A stretch of DNA of 64,000 nt. It comes from an uncultured Candidatus Saccharibacteria bacterium. GTDB lineage: Bacteria > Patescibacteriota > Minisyncoccia > Phycocordibacterales > DSPV01. The notes beneath the pieces are model-generated. The model did not search any database, had not been told where the DNA came from, and was given only the letters and a program-made list of their open reading frames with translations. A program made the translations under genes and the position numbers. This document shows, piece after piece, positions 9,657-19,558 of the stretch; the first letter of the stretch is position 1, and each line of letters starts with the position of its first letter. The DNA lies in contig CAZTRA010000003.1 of assembly GCA_964616075.1 (NCBI GenBank), positions 26,075 to 90,074 on the forward strand. Direction: 5' to 3'.

Positions 9657-10352
9657 TTACTCTCTTGCTTCAGCTTCCACACCTGCAAAGAGCCATCCAC
9701 CTTGCCAGAGGTGAGATTGATGTCGATCACATTCTGCGTCGATGAGCTTGCGGCCATTCGAACCCTTCTTACACCAAAACGAACACACCGACCTGTTATT
9801 ATCATGCCATTGAGTACCAATGGAATACTGCCTTAAAAAATTGGGATCGTCCCGCAGGACCGCCAGGATCAATTGTGGTGATGCTGGTCGTAACTCACGC
9901 TCTTGATATTCATCAAAGAGCTTTTGACACGCCCAATCCTCGTTTGACTTCGGAAAAAAAGTCACCTTGAACTCTCTCGCCGGCCCACTCAAAGGTGGAA
10001 TGCGGACCAGGCTTGCTAAACGTTCATGCTCGTCCCCCATTGCTGATGGAGCGAGCTCAACCTGCGCATCTCTAACAAAGTTTCCCCACGGGGCACGAGT
10101 CTCACAGAAAACGGTTCTCTCAACCAGACCTGAATTGAGTTGAACCAAACGCGTCAAAAGTTTCACCTGTGCTGTTTGTAAGCTTTTTAGCCCTAGAACC
10201 CTTTGGACAACATCTCTGCCTTTTCCTTCGAGCTGTTTCCTCAACAGATCTCTAAATGTAGAAACTGCTTTTTCGAACTGTGCCTCAGAAACTAGCGGGG
10301 TCATGCTCATGGCGTCGCCTTTTCTTTGAATCGATGCATGTAGAGTCCTCAC
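9657..10352 (-). CDS. Hypothetical protein (orphan, locally elevated GC)
   Basis: 231-aa ORF with no recognisable motif. Composition is GC-richer than the flanks. A terminator-like hairpin (AACCTCGCATG-N4-CATGCGAGGTT) lies at 9620-9648 just downstream. Confidence 0.45.
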   Translation of the reverse strand: MRTLHASIQRKGDAMSMTPLVSEAQFEKAVSTFRDLLRKQLEGKGRDVVQRVLGLKSLQTAQVKLLTRLVQLNSGLVERTVFCETRAPWGNFVRDAQVELAPSAMGDEHERLASLVRIPPLSGPAREFKVTFFPKSNEDWACQKLFDEYQERELRPASPQLILAVLRDDPNFLRQYSIGTQWHDNNRSVCSFWCKKGSNGRKLIDAECDRHQSHLWQGGWLFAGVEAEARE

Positions 10353-10447
10353 AACGTGTGAAGATTATCTAGTACGCACCTTATCCGAATTCAAGGTATC
10401 TTACTACATACCATCTAGTCAAGCATTTTAGGCCATACCAGAAGCCC

Positions 10448-12166
10448 TTAGATGATATCGACAATGCGTAACCGTAGCTCCACACGACCGCCAAAAAATG
10501 ACTGCTCAAATGAAGCCACAAGATCAATGGAAGTGCTGATCGTAAGTGGTACACCATAAGAATCTGGATGAGCAAAAAAACCAATAGCCTTCACCAACGC
10601 ATTGTTGCGTGTCTGAAAAGATAACTCGAGATGATTCTTTTGCTTACCAAACACGCGCATGCCAACAATCGGTACAGACGTAAACAAAAAAACCGGTTTT
10701 TTATTCCCCACTCCAAACGGAGCGAGTGATGCAATCATCTGGTATGTACGCACGGTGACATCTTCAAGCGACAATACCGCATCCACATACGGAAGCGCTG
10801 CTGATTCAGGTGAAGAAACGAGCACATCACACGCTCGCTCAAAGACCTCATCAAGCAAATGTACTTTACCAGGAGCAACACGAAACCCACCCGCCTCATG
10901 ATGGCCCCCAAAATCATCAAGCACTCCTACTTTTGCCGCCTCACGCATCAACAACACGACGTTCATACCACTTGGCGCACGACATGAACCTTTAATCACA
11001 CCATCACCATCTCTTCCCCATAAAAAAACGGGCATACGGTATTCTTCCACGAGCGTATTAGCAACCAGACCAAGCAATGAAGGGCGCCAATCCGGATTAC
11101 CAATCACCAGTACACGACGATCAGTAACACGTTCGCGCGCAATCTTTTTTAACTCTTTAACGAGGGAGGCAACAATTCCCTTTCGTTCATCATTGATCTC
11201 GTCAAGTTTTATGGCAAGCACTCCTCCTTCAACCGGATCAGTAGTGGAAAGAAGTGTGAATGCGTCCTGCACTTTCCCTAAACGTGAAGCAGCATTAATT
11301 CGCGGTGTAATCATAAATCCGACATCATCTTCAGAAAGATACACACGATTTATTTTCAATAACGAAAACAACGCCCCTAATCCTGGACGACGTGTCTTAC
11401 GTAACACCATCAACCCATAGTGTGCAAGCACTCGATTCTCCCCAGAAAGTGGCACCATATCTGAAAGCGTCGCAATACCAACCATATCCAACAACCACTT
11501 TTCCCACCCCACGGGAACATTAAACCGATCACCATACCGTTTCAAAAATGCCTCAACAAGCTTAAAAATAACACCTGAACCACACAACTCTTTAAATGGA
11601 TATTCACAATCAGCGCGTTTTGGATCAAGTACTGCAACCGCGCGAGGAAGTTTTTCCGGCGGTGTATGATGATCCGTTACAATTACATCAATACCGTGAC
11701 TAATTGCCTTCTCAAGCTCATCTGCATCGGTAATACCACAATCAATCGTAATCAAAAGTGTGGTACCACTCGTCACAAAAGCATCAATAGCATCATGATT
11801 CAAACCAAACCCTTCCCCATGACGATCTGGTATGTAATTTTCAAAATTAGTATGCCCAACTTTTTTTAAAAAATCATGAAACAAAACTCCACCAGGAACC
11901 CCATCAGCATCATAATCGGAATACACAACAATTCGTTCATCAGTTTTAATTGCACGAAACAGTCGTTCAACCGCTTTCTCCATATCCTTCATGAGAAACG
12001 GGTCATGGCGGTGCGTATCATAATCAGGAGACAAGAACACCTCTGCAGATGATGCGTCTTGTACTCCCCGATGAAACAACAACTGTGAAAGCAATTCAGG
12101 GTGTGCGGCAAGTGCCGTACGAGCCGAATCGGGAATAGGTGGACGAATATCGTATGTTCGTTTCAT
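10448..12166 (-). CDS. recJ: Single-stranded-DNA-specific exonuclease RecJ
   Basis: 572 aa. Contains DYDADGV and VIVTDHH (DHH family motifs) and a DHHA1 region. Confidence 0.85.
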   Translation of the reverse strand: MKRTYDIRPPIPDSARTALAAHPELLSQLLFHRGVQDASSAEVFLSPDYDTHRHDPFLMKDMEKAVERLFRAIKTDERIVVYSDYDADGVPGGVLFHDFLKKVGHTNFENYIPDRHGEGFGLNHDAIDAFVTSGTTLLITIDCGITDADELEKAISHGIDVIVTDHHTPPEKLPRAVAVLDPKRADCEYPFKELCGSGVIFKLVEAFLKRYGDRFNVPVGWEKWLLDMVGIATLSDMVPLSGENRVLAHYGLMVLRKTRRPGLGALFSLLKINRVYLSEDDVGFMITPRINAASRLGKVQDAFTLLSTTDPVEGGVLAIKLDEINDERKGIVASLVKELKKIARERVTDRRVLVIGNPDWRPSLLGLVANTLVEEYRMPVFLWGRDGDGVIKGSCRAPSGMNVVLLMREAAKVGVLDDFGGHHEAGGFRVAPGKVHLLDEVFERACDVLVSSPESAALPYVDAVLSLEDVTVRTYQMIASLAPFGVGNKKPVFLFTSVPIVGMRVFGKQKNHLELSFQTRNNALVKAIGFFAHPDSYGVPLTISTSIDLVASFEQSFFGGRVELRLRIVDII

Positions 12167-12193
12167 ATCTTCAGTATAACGAACAACAACAAC

Positions 12194-13264
12194 TTACTCG
12201 CTGTTAAACCCCGGCCGAAAGAATTCGTCCATACGGGCAATTCGCAGATACGCATCGAGAACCCCTGTTTTATTGACGAGCACGGTTAATACAGGCACCT
12301 CCATCGTCTCTCGAGAAAATGACTGATCAAATATAAAGTTACCGAGCGAATATGCGATCACACCTCCGTTATAAAAGACCACAGGTTGTGCAACATGCGG
12401 ATGGTGACCAACTACAATATGAGCCCCCATATCAATCGCGAGTTTCGCCATATGCTCTTGATACATGTTATGTGTTGGCTCATATTCATCACCAAAATGA
12501 AACGAGACAACCACAATATCAGCCCCTTCTTTCGCGACACGAACGCTATTAATAATAGCTTGTTCGCTTATGACGGCTATCCCTGGCGTTGAAGTTCCTG
12601 CGGCCATATATTCTTTGCCAAATTGCGAAAACGCCACATAGCCAACACGAACACCTTTGACATCAATAAATACAGGTGCGTACGCCTCGTTTCGGGTTAC
12701 ACCACCACCAACGGACACCATGGCCGCATCTCGAATATACCGCCATGTATCCTGCATCGCGAGAAATCCCCAATCACCAGAATGATTATTTGCAACCGAA
12801 AAAACATCAAATCCTGCCTTTTTAAGTGCATCAACAACGTGCGGATCCATACGAAATGAATACATAGAACCAACTCGTGTGCCACGATCTGAAATAACAC
12901 CTTCAATGTTGCCAAACAACACATCAAATAATCGCAACGATGGAGCGATTCTTGTAAATAAAAAATCATATGACACATTCCTTTTTTCCACCGTTTGACG
13001 AATTCCTCGATCAAGCATAATATCGCCCACAAAACCAAGTGCGACTATTGATTCATCAGGAGTCGACATAGACGGTACTCCATACTGATAACGTACTCCT
13101 ACAGAAAACGCGCGCTCGAATAGTAACGAATTAGGAATCACCAACACAGAAAGTACGGCCACCAAACATAGAAGACCTTGCGCATCAAATGCACGTACTT
13201 TTTTTTCGGTACACAATATAATCCCTTTCTTTCCCTTCCCCTTTTGATAACCTTGCGATCGCAT
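12194..13264 (-). CDS. CapA family metallophosphoesterase (poly-gamma-glutamate synthesis protein CapA-like)
   Basis: N-terminal TM. Contains GDIMLDR, NIEGV, ANNHSGD and GHHPHV motifs. Confidence 0.75.
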   Translation of the reverse strand: MRSQGYQKGKGKKGIILCTEKKVRAFDAQGLLCLVAVLSVLVIPNSLLFERAFSVGVRYQYGVPSMSTPDESIVALGFVGDIMLDRGIRQTVEKRNVSYDFLFTRIAPSLRLFDVLFGNIEGVISDRGTRVGSMYSFRMDPHVVDALKKAGFDVFSVANNHSGDWGFLAMQDTWRYIRDAAMVSVGGGVTRNEAYAPVFIDVKGVRVGYVAFSQFGKEYMAAGTSTPGIAVISEQAIINSVRVAKEGADIVVVSFHFGDEYEPTHNMYQEHMAKLAIDMGAHIVVGHHPHVAQPVVFYNGGVIAYSLGNFIFDQSFSRETMEVPVLTVLVNKTGVLDAYLRIARMDEFFRPGFNSE

Positions 13265-13286
13265 CAGTGATCTCTATAATAAAGCT

Positions 13287-13685
13287 ATGATATTTCAAAA
13301 GAAACTTGCCTCTCCGCCAAAAGCCATACCTGATTGTGTGTTTTGTAATATTGTCGCCGGCACCATACCGAGCACTATCGTATACGAAGATGAAGACTTC
13401 TTGGCATTTCTAGATACACGACCCCTATCACCAGGACATACGCTCATTATTCCAAAACGACACTACCGGTGGGTATGGGATACCCCTCATGCAGGCACCT
13501 ATTTTGAAATTGCTCAAAAAATCGCCCACGCACAACAAAAAGCATTTCAAACTCCATGGATACTCTCAAAAATCGTCGGAGATGAAGTACATCATGCACA
13601 CATATGGGTGTACCCTAGTGATGATGCTTTGGGTAATAAAAAAGATTTTGCCGAAAATGCCAAAAAAATAAAAGCTGCCCTTTAG
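13287..13685 (+). CDS. HIT family hydrolase
   Basis: 132 aa. CVFCNI near the N-terminus and the histidine triad HHAHIWV. Confidence 0.8.
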   Translation: MIFQKKLASPPKAIPDCVFCNIVAGTIPSTIVYEDEDFLAFLDTRPLSPGHTLIIPKRHYRWVWDTPHAGTYFEIAQKIAHAQQKAFQTPWILSKIVGDEVHHAHIWVYPSDDALGNKKDFAENAKKIKAAL

Positions 13686-14797
13686 GTAGCTTTTTTCATG
13701 AGGAGTACTAATCCGGGAAGCGTACCGTGAGCTAAATAATCAAGCATGGCACCGCCTCCTGTTGAAACAAACGAGCATTGTTCAAGTACATGGTATGACT
13801 TAACCGCAGCAATCGTATCTCCTCCGCCAATAATCGAATATGCATTACTTGCAGCAATAGCACGCCCCACCCTCTTCGTGCTTTCAATAAATCCTTTCTC
13901 AAAAACACCCAAAGGGCCATTCCACACAACAAATGCTGCTGTACCTATCGCCCGCTCTATATGAGCAACTGTTTGCGGACCAGCATCCATAATGACATCA
14001 TGATCCTCCAAAAATCCAATCGCTTTCATGGTTCCATCAGCCAGCAATACATCAACCGGAGCAATCACTCGTTTATGATCTTTAATCAATCCAATGTCAG
14101 GCATAATATCACTCACTTTTGAAGCACCTACGTTATTACCTCGCACCTTCAAAAGATCATTTGCAAGCGCACCGACAACAAAAATAGACGTAGCTGCAGA
14201 TACAAACTTACTGATAAGTGGCAATTTTGTTTGAAGTTTTGCACCACCCAACACAAGAACAAACGGCTGGGGCGCACAAAAAGCTTTTGAAAGTTCTTCA
14301 ACTTCATGGATAACGAGCGGCCCGGCAGCAGCGGGCAAAAAACGCGGAACTCCTACAATGGACGCGTGCTCTCGGTGAGAAACTGCAAACGCATCATTTA
14401 CATACAAATCAGCAGCCGCGGACAACTCCCGTGCAAAAGCTAAATCATTCCCTTTTTCTTCAGAATACTGACGAATATTTTCCATTAGAAACACATCACC
14501 CTCTTTTGCAGTCATGAGCTCTGCGGTAAGTGTGGACACATCGGAAACAAATACCAGGGGTAACGATTGTTGTAAATAATTCGCGACTGGGCGTAATGTC
14601 GCACCTTCATCATTTTCAATATGACTCACAATACCAACTTTTGCACCACGAGCAATAAGCACATCAATAGTTTTTTTTGTACTTTCAATACGAAAAGGTT
14701 CTGTGACACATCCATTCTGGATCGCAACATTAAAATCAGCACGCAGCAGTACTCGTTTTCCACGTATATCACCTAAATCTTCAATCGACCTAAGCAT
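13682..14797 (-). CDS. pgk: Phosphoglycerate kinase
   Basis: 371 aa. LLRADFNV N-terminal motif and PGK fold signatures throughout. Adjacent to tpiA. Confidence 0.9.
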   Translation of the reverse strand: MLRSIEDLGDIRGKRVLLRADFNVAIQNGCVTEPFRIESTKKTIDVLIARGAKVGIVSHIENDEGATLRPVANYLQQSLPLVFVSDVSTLTAELMTAKEGDVFLMENIRQYSEEKGNDLAFARELSAAADLYVNDAFAVSHREHASIVGVPRFLPAAAGPLVIHEVEELSKAFCAPQPFVLVLGGAKLQTKLPLISKFVSAATSIFVVGALANDLLKVRGNNVGASKVSDIMPDIGLIKDHKRVIAPVDVLLADGTMKAIGFLEDHDVIMDAGPQTVAHIERAIGTAAFVVWNGPLGVFEKGFIESTKRVGRAIAASNAYSIIGGGDTIAAVKSYHVLEQCSFVSTGGGAMLDYLAHGTLPGLVLLMKKAT

Positions 14798-14799
14798 AA

Positions 14800-15558
14800 T
14801 TACAAAGATTCAATAATCGAAACAATGGCCTGCGCATCAGCGCTTGCCCGCCCAATCAACAACCCATCAACCCCAGCCTCAAAAAACGACGCGGCGTTGT
14901 CAGGTCCAACTGACCCTCCATAGAGAATAGGTATTGTAAACGCAAGTTTTGTACCATACTGCTGAGAAATAATTTTTCTCACAAAAATTGTCATTTCGTG
15001 TAATTGATGAGGTGCCATTGCTTCTCTGGAAGGTTTACCAATAGCCCACACTGGTTCATACGCAACAATAATACGAGATAAATCAGGTGCACCTACTCCG
15101 TGAAGTGCAGAGGTTATTTGCCGTTCCACAAACGCTAAATAGTGACCATGATCATCTCGTTCTTTCTCACCGATGCAAAGAATAACCTTCAACCCAGAAC
15201 GCAACACCGCTTGTACTTTTTTATTTACCACATCATCAGTTTCTCCCATGGCACGCCGTTCAGAATGACCCACAATCACATACGAAACACCGCTATAAGA
15301 AAGCTGCACTGCGCTTATCTCACCGGTATACGCACCACGGTCTTCAATAGCACAATTCTGAGCACCAATCGAGAAACGTTTACGGCCAACAGCAATCCGG
15401 ACGGCATCACGTGTGTACAAAAAAGGAACACATACAATAGATTGAATGTGTTTATTTTTCTCTGTTGCTTTACGGACAGCCAAGAGAATGGCACGAGCCT
15501 CTTCTGGTGAGTCAGGATACAGTTTCCAATTACCTGCAATGATACGTTTCTGTTTCAT
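14800..15558 (-). CDS. tpiA: Triosephosphate isomerase
   Basis: Contains AGNWK, GHSERR, AYEPVWAIG and YGGSV. Start chosen at the internal MKQKRIIAGNWK. The longer ORF upstream to 15618 is probably not translated. Confidence 0.9.
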   Translation of the reverse strand: MKQKRIIAGNWKLYPDSPEEARAILLAVRKATEKNKHIQSIVCVPFLYTRDAVRIAVGRKRFSIGAQNCAIEDRGAYTGEISAVQLSYSGVSYVIVGHSERRAMGETDDVVNKKVQAVLRSGLKVILCIGEKERDDHGHYLAFVERQITSALHGVGAPDLSRIIVAYEPVWAIGKPSREAMAPHQLHEMTIFVRKIISQQYGTKLAFTIPILYGGSVGPDNAASFFEAGVDGLLIGRASADAQAIVSIIESL

Positions 15559-15650
15559 AAAAGGAAGTATACCATTCATGCGTACCGCAAAAAAATACCA
15601 CCTCCTCGACACGCACAAAATAAGAAAATACTAGAACAGAAAAGACTTCT

Positions 15651-17120
15651 CTATATAACCTCCTCCCAAGAAATAATCTGGTACTGATCGCTAGTAAGCG
15701 GAAACGACGGTGGCGGACCATATAAAAGATTTCCATCATAAATAATGTCACGATTCGTATAACCAGTACCATCAGTATATGCAAAACCATACCGTTGATT
15801 TGAAGCAATCATGCCATACAACGTAAGAGTCGATTTCACATGATCAGGAGCGCATGAACTAGAATAATAATACCTTCCAACACGGCCATTTTGAGAAATA
15901 AGCGCTGCATCAATACGCAACATATTAGCGCTCGCCAATCCCGCATTGATGTTGTCTTGAGAAATCAACCCAATAACATCTGAGCCGTCATAATTGGTGT
16001 AAATCAAATTTTCATTCACAGTTATCGAAGGACGCGTAGCAGGGTTATCAGGAAATCGAGCCGACGCAATAGATAATCGTGCGCTGTTAATCTGCCCTCG
16101 AATCCACAAGTTATCTTCAAGAAAAATTATACCATTTGCGGGGAATGTATAGTTTCCAAGAAAAACTCGCCCATTGTTCGTTCTAATAGTCCACGTACCC
16201 CATCCACTTTGATTTGAGGAATTAGTGCAGCCACTTGGTGCAGACATGAGCGCAGATACTCGATACAAATCATATGTATCATTAGTTTTTAATACAATTT
16301 CGTATCCCAATCCTCCCGAAGCAGCATGGTAACGACCTAAAGCTTGTGCATCAGCCTTCATTTGCGCTAAATCAGTAATAATCCCACCAAAGTTAAGCGC
16401 CGGCGCACCAATAACCCGACCTGCTTCAAATACATCTAATCGGTTTGGGGTGGTTGTAGGAGGTAGCTGTTCACTCAAAAGTCCAGCCGACGAGACACCT
16501 GTGGCAGGTGGGACGCGCACGTGAGTATGGACACCATACTCTTGACTACCACTGTGATCAGGATCATCGTATTGTAACAACGCGCTCGTGACTACATTGT
16601 GCGCAAATCCATCAAAACGAATACCTCCATTGCTATGTATAGGACCAAACACCTCGGTACCTTCACCAAATCGAATATTTACATTCGATGCTACGGCGTA
16701 TTTAGCCAACGATGGAATAGCCAAACGAACTTTTATCTTTCTCACAATAGACGGATTTGCATCAATCTGACCATCAGATTGGATCGTAACAATAGTTGAA
16801 CCAATTGAAGGTGGTGTAATTGTTAATGAAAATATGCCAATACGATGACCCTCCTTATTATAAAAAATATGATGGTAAGGACCTGGACCAGATGTGCCAT
16901 CTTGAAAATCAGTGGGTGCATGAGCCAAGTGCCACCGATAATATTCTACCCCTGCTTCTGCGATCTGAAATGCAAGCTCTCGCTCATACACCGAACGTGA
17001 CAATTTAAGGACCGAATTAGCACCGCCAACAACAGCTGTGATAAGTAAGATTGCAATGCCGGCAAACACCAATGTACTGACCAAAAAAAACCCTTTATTT
17101 TTTTGTTTTGAAAAGATCAT
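15651..17120 (-). CDS. Type IV pilin-like / minor pilin (PilX-like) protein
   Basis: 489 aa. N-terminus KG/FFLVSTLVFAGIAILL resembles a prepilin leader plus hydrophobic helix, but lacks Glu+5. Last gene of the pil operon. Confidence 0.5.
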   Translation of the reverse strand: MIFSKQKNKGFFLVSTLVFAGIAILLITAVVGGANSVLKLSRSVYERELAFQIAEAGVEYYRWHLAHAPTDFQDGTSGPGPYHHIFYNKEGHRIGIFSLTITPPSIGSTIVTIQSDGQIDANPSIVRKIKVRLAIPSLAKYAVASNVNIRFGEGTEVFGPIHSNGGIRFDGFAHNVVTSALLQYDDPDHSGSQEYGVHTHVRVPPATGVSSAGLLSEQLPPTTTPNRLDVFEAGRVIGAPALNFGGIITDLAQMKADAQALGRYHAASGGLGYEIVLKTNDTYDLYRVSALMSAPSGCTNSSNQSGWGTWTIRTNNGRVFLGNYTFPANGIIFLEDNLWIRGQINSARLSIASARFPDNPATRPSITVNENLIYTNYDGSDVIGLISQDNINAGLASANMLRIDAALISQNGRVGRYYYSSSCAPDHVKSTLTLYGMIASNQRYGFAYTDGTGYTNRDIIYDGNLLYGPPPSFPLTSDQYQIISWEEVI

Positions 17121-17123
17121 GCA

Positions 17124-17753
17124 CTATTGATTATCTTTTAAATTCCTAAATGTCATACCGCTTATAACTGAAAGTGGCCCAGGAATTTGCGACGGATCGT
17201 TATCAACCACAATGTGTACCCTCACGTGACGCACATTCTGTGTCAAAATCGGATACGCTAAAGGACTCGTCGTGCCCGTATAGTTTCTATCATAATACGT
17301 AAAAATCGGGGTGCTAGCATCATTACGTATATGATGAACAAACGTGGTAGTTTTCTCATTTGCTAATGTATACGTCAACGGTGAACCGCTCGGTTCGACA
17401 ACCCCCATCATAAGAGTACTCGTAGCGAGATAGTATCGAACACGTTCTACAATACCATCACGATCAATGTCACTAAAAAAAGTGAAAGTACTTGTTGCCG
17501 CCGTCTCTACTGGATATGCTCCTTGTTCAGAAGGAGCAAGTGATCGAATAATACGTACCATTTCTTTTACAGCTCGATTAGCCTCAAACGAAGCATCCAC
17601 ACTGCTCCCGAACATTCGATTCATACGAAATATTCCGGCCTGAAATGATGCGGACAATCCAACAATACCTGCCAAAATACCTATCACAATAATAATTTCA
17701 ATAGCTGTAAACCCTAACCGCCTCTTGTACTTCTTTTCAAAAGAAAACATCAT
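17124..17753 (-). CDS. Prepilin-type N-terminal cleavage/methylation domain protein (pseudopilin)
   Basis: N-terminus RRLG/FTAIEIIIVIGILA is a class III signal peptide (G-FT.IE). Confidence 0.7.
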   Translation of the reverse strand: MMFSFEKKYKRRLGFTAIEIIIVIGILAGIVGLSASFQAGIFRMNRMFGSSVDASFEANRAVKEMVRIIRSLAPSEQGAYPVETAATSTFTFFSDIDRDGIVERVRYYLATSTLMMGVVEPSGSPLTYTLANEKTTTFVHHIRNDASTPIFTYYDRNYTGTTSPLAYPILTQNVRHVRVHIVVDNDPSQIPGPLSVISGMTFRNLKDNQ

Positions 17754-17760
17754 AGTAAAA

Positions 17761-19557
17761 CTAGGGCGTTAGCACCACTTCAACTGGTTGCCAGTCACTG
17801 GAAATCGTTGTGGTTGCAACCTGTGTTGTATATCCTTCTTTAGATACTGACAATTCATAATCGCCACTTGCTAACCCATCAAATGTCACTTGCCCTGGAG
17901 CAACACAGTCTGAAGTAAACGTAAACGCAACATCTGATACATTTGGAGTAAAAGAAGTTGATGCCGTTGATAACAATAACTTATACCGAATATAACGATC
18001 CCCGCTATGAGACGCGTGAATAGTTGTTGTCCCAATCTCATAATACGTCGCGCTCGTTCCATCGGGACCAATAAAATTCCACGTACCACCATCATTGTTT
18101 GAAGCTAACTGAAACCGTACACTCTGTAGCCCAGTCTCTGGCAATTGAGACGTTGGCCACCATGATAAATCGTGAAAATTGCTTACTGATCCAGTATCAA
18201 ATGCAGAAGAAATTAATTCTCCCGCGGAATCATACACACCAAACGTATCCCGTAATCGTACTTCCCCTACCGAACTATGTACCGACACGGATCCATCGGA
18301 GCTAAAATAACGAGTTGTATCAGTGGTTGTTGCTTGCCCCGCTCCACCTGACCAATCAGTTTGTGCCAAAAAACCTCGACCAGTAATCAATGTTTCATCA
18401 ACAGCTCCTCCCACTAACCGAACACTGGTACCTGAAATCGGAAGACTTGTTGCCCCATCTTTCACAGTCACCATAAGCGATCTAGGGTTCTTTGCTGATA
18501 CAATAAAATCAACATTTTTTGTTTCCCCGGGTAATAACACCACCGGAGAAAGTGCATTGGTACCAATCAATTGGTACGCTGCGTCAATAACATTAAGAGT
18601 ATAGGTATCCCACACGACATCATTCAACTGTTTGTGGCCAGTTTCATCGGTCTCCAAAGTAGCTTCATATAATTTCACATCAGGCGATGTCCCAATAAGC
18701 TTACTTCCCGAGAATGAAAAATCAAAGTCTGGTATTGGAGTACATGATTGAGTCATCGAACGGAGATGAAAAACACTTGCCCGATCAATAGACATAGTAA
18801 TCGCAGTTACTGTTTCTGCGGCAACCGTTGCATGTGGCTTAATAGGATTTGGATTACCAACAGCACCACGCGACCGTGTCATATCTGTTGTATACCCATC
18901 TTTAGTAACCGTAATCTGATACGTCTCAACCCCAGGTGGTATGTCAACGAGCTGCAACATACCATTCACATTCGTACTATCATCAATCACAATAGGAAAT
19001 GTTGTTGAACCGTTCTCAACATGGACCGACGCCCCTGATACCGGCAAACCACTTCCATCAACAACATTGATAAACAATGCTCCATTTGTTGTAGATGAGA
19101 TTTCTAGATTCTTGGGGGCAACAAAAGTTGCTACAGAAAATGATGATACATTTTCACACGAAGGACATGCAACTGTCACATCAACGAACTTATAGTCAGC
19201 GGGCGCGGTATCATTCGGTGTACCCCCAAGTAACCCATCGAATGGATCGTCAATATTGCGGATTACCGTCGTGACATCAAATGAAATATTATTTCTAACA
19301 AAAGTCTCTGACGGATCAATCAGACCTCGCGGAATACCCGTCAATGTTCCCACGTTTGCATACGACAAATTACGAATGACTTCAATACGTTCATTAGCAA
19401 GCGCCATTGCAACAGAACGAACACGCGACACTGCAATTAAATCAAATAACTTAACGTACGTCGCATACACCGCCAAAAAAATAATGGTAAAAATCGTCAC
19501 CGAGACAACTGTCTCAATAAGAGTGAACCCTGCGGATGTATTCTTTTTTAGAACCAT
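17761..19557 (-). CDS. Large prepilin-type protein (598 aa). Possible pilus tip or adhesin subunit.
   Basis: N-terminus SAG/FTLIETVVSV is a class III signal peptide. It is followed by ~560 aa of beta-rich, Thr/Ser/Val-rich sequence. Confidence 0.65.
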   Translation of the reverse strand: MVLKKNTSAGFTLIETVVSVTIFTIIFLAVYATYVKLFDLIAVSRVRSVAMALANERIEVIRNLSYANVGTLTGIPRGLIDPSETFVRNNISFDVTTVIRNIDDPFDGLLGGTPNDTAPADYKFVDVTVACPSCENVSSFSVATFVAPKNLEISSTTNGALFINVVDGSGLPVSGASVHVENGSTTFPIVIDDSTNVNGMLQLVDIPPGVETYQITVTKDGYTTDMTRSRGAVGNPNPIKPHATVAAETVTAITMSIDRASVFHLRSMTQSCTPIPDFDFSFSGSKLIGTSPDVKLYEATLETDETGHKQLNDVVWDTYTLNVIDAAYQLIGTNALSPVVLLPGETKNVDFIVSAKNPRSLMVTVKDGATSLPISGTSVRLVGGAVDETLITGRGFLAQTDWSGGAGQATTTDTTRYFSSDGSVSVHSSVGEVRLRDTFGVYDSAGELISSAFDTGSVSNFHDLSWWPTSQLPETGLQSVRFQLASNNDGGTWNFIGPDGTSATYYEIGTTTIHASHSGDRYIRYKLLLSTASTSFTPNVSDVAFTFTSDCVAPGQVTFDGLASGDYELSVSKEGYTTQVATTTISSDWQPVEVVLTP

Positions 19558-19558
19558 A

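Noticed and set aside
12697-13038. 113-aa minus-strand ORF within the CapA gene
   Set aside because: Different frame on the same strand as the well-supported CapA family gene (12194-13264). Shadow ORF.
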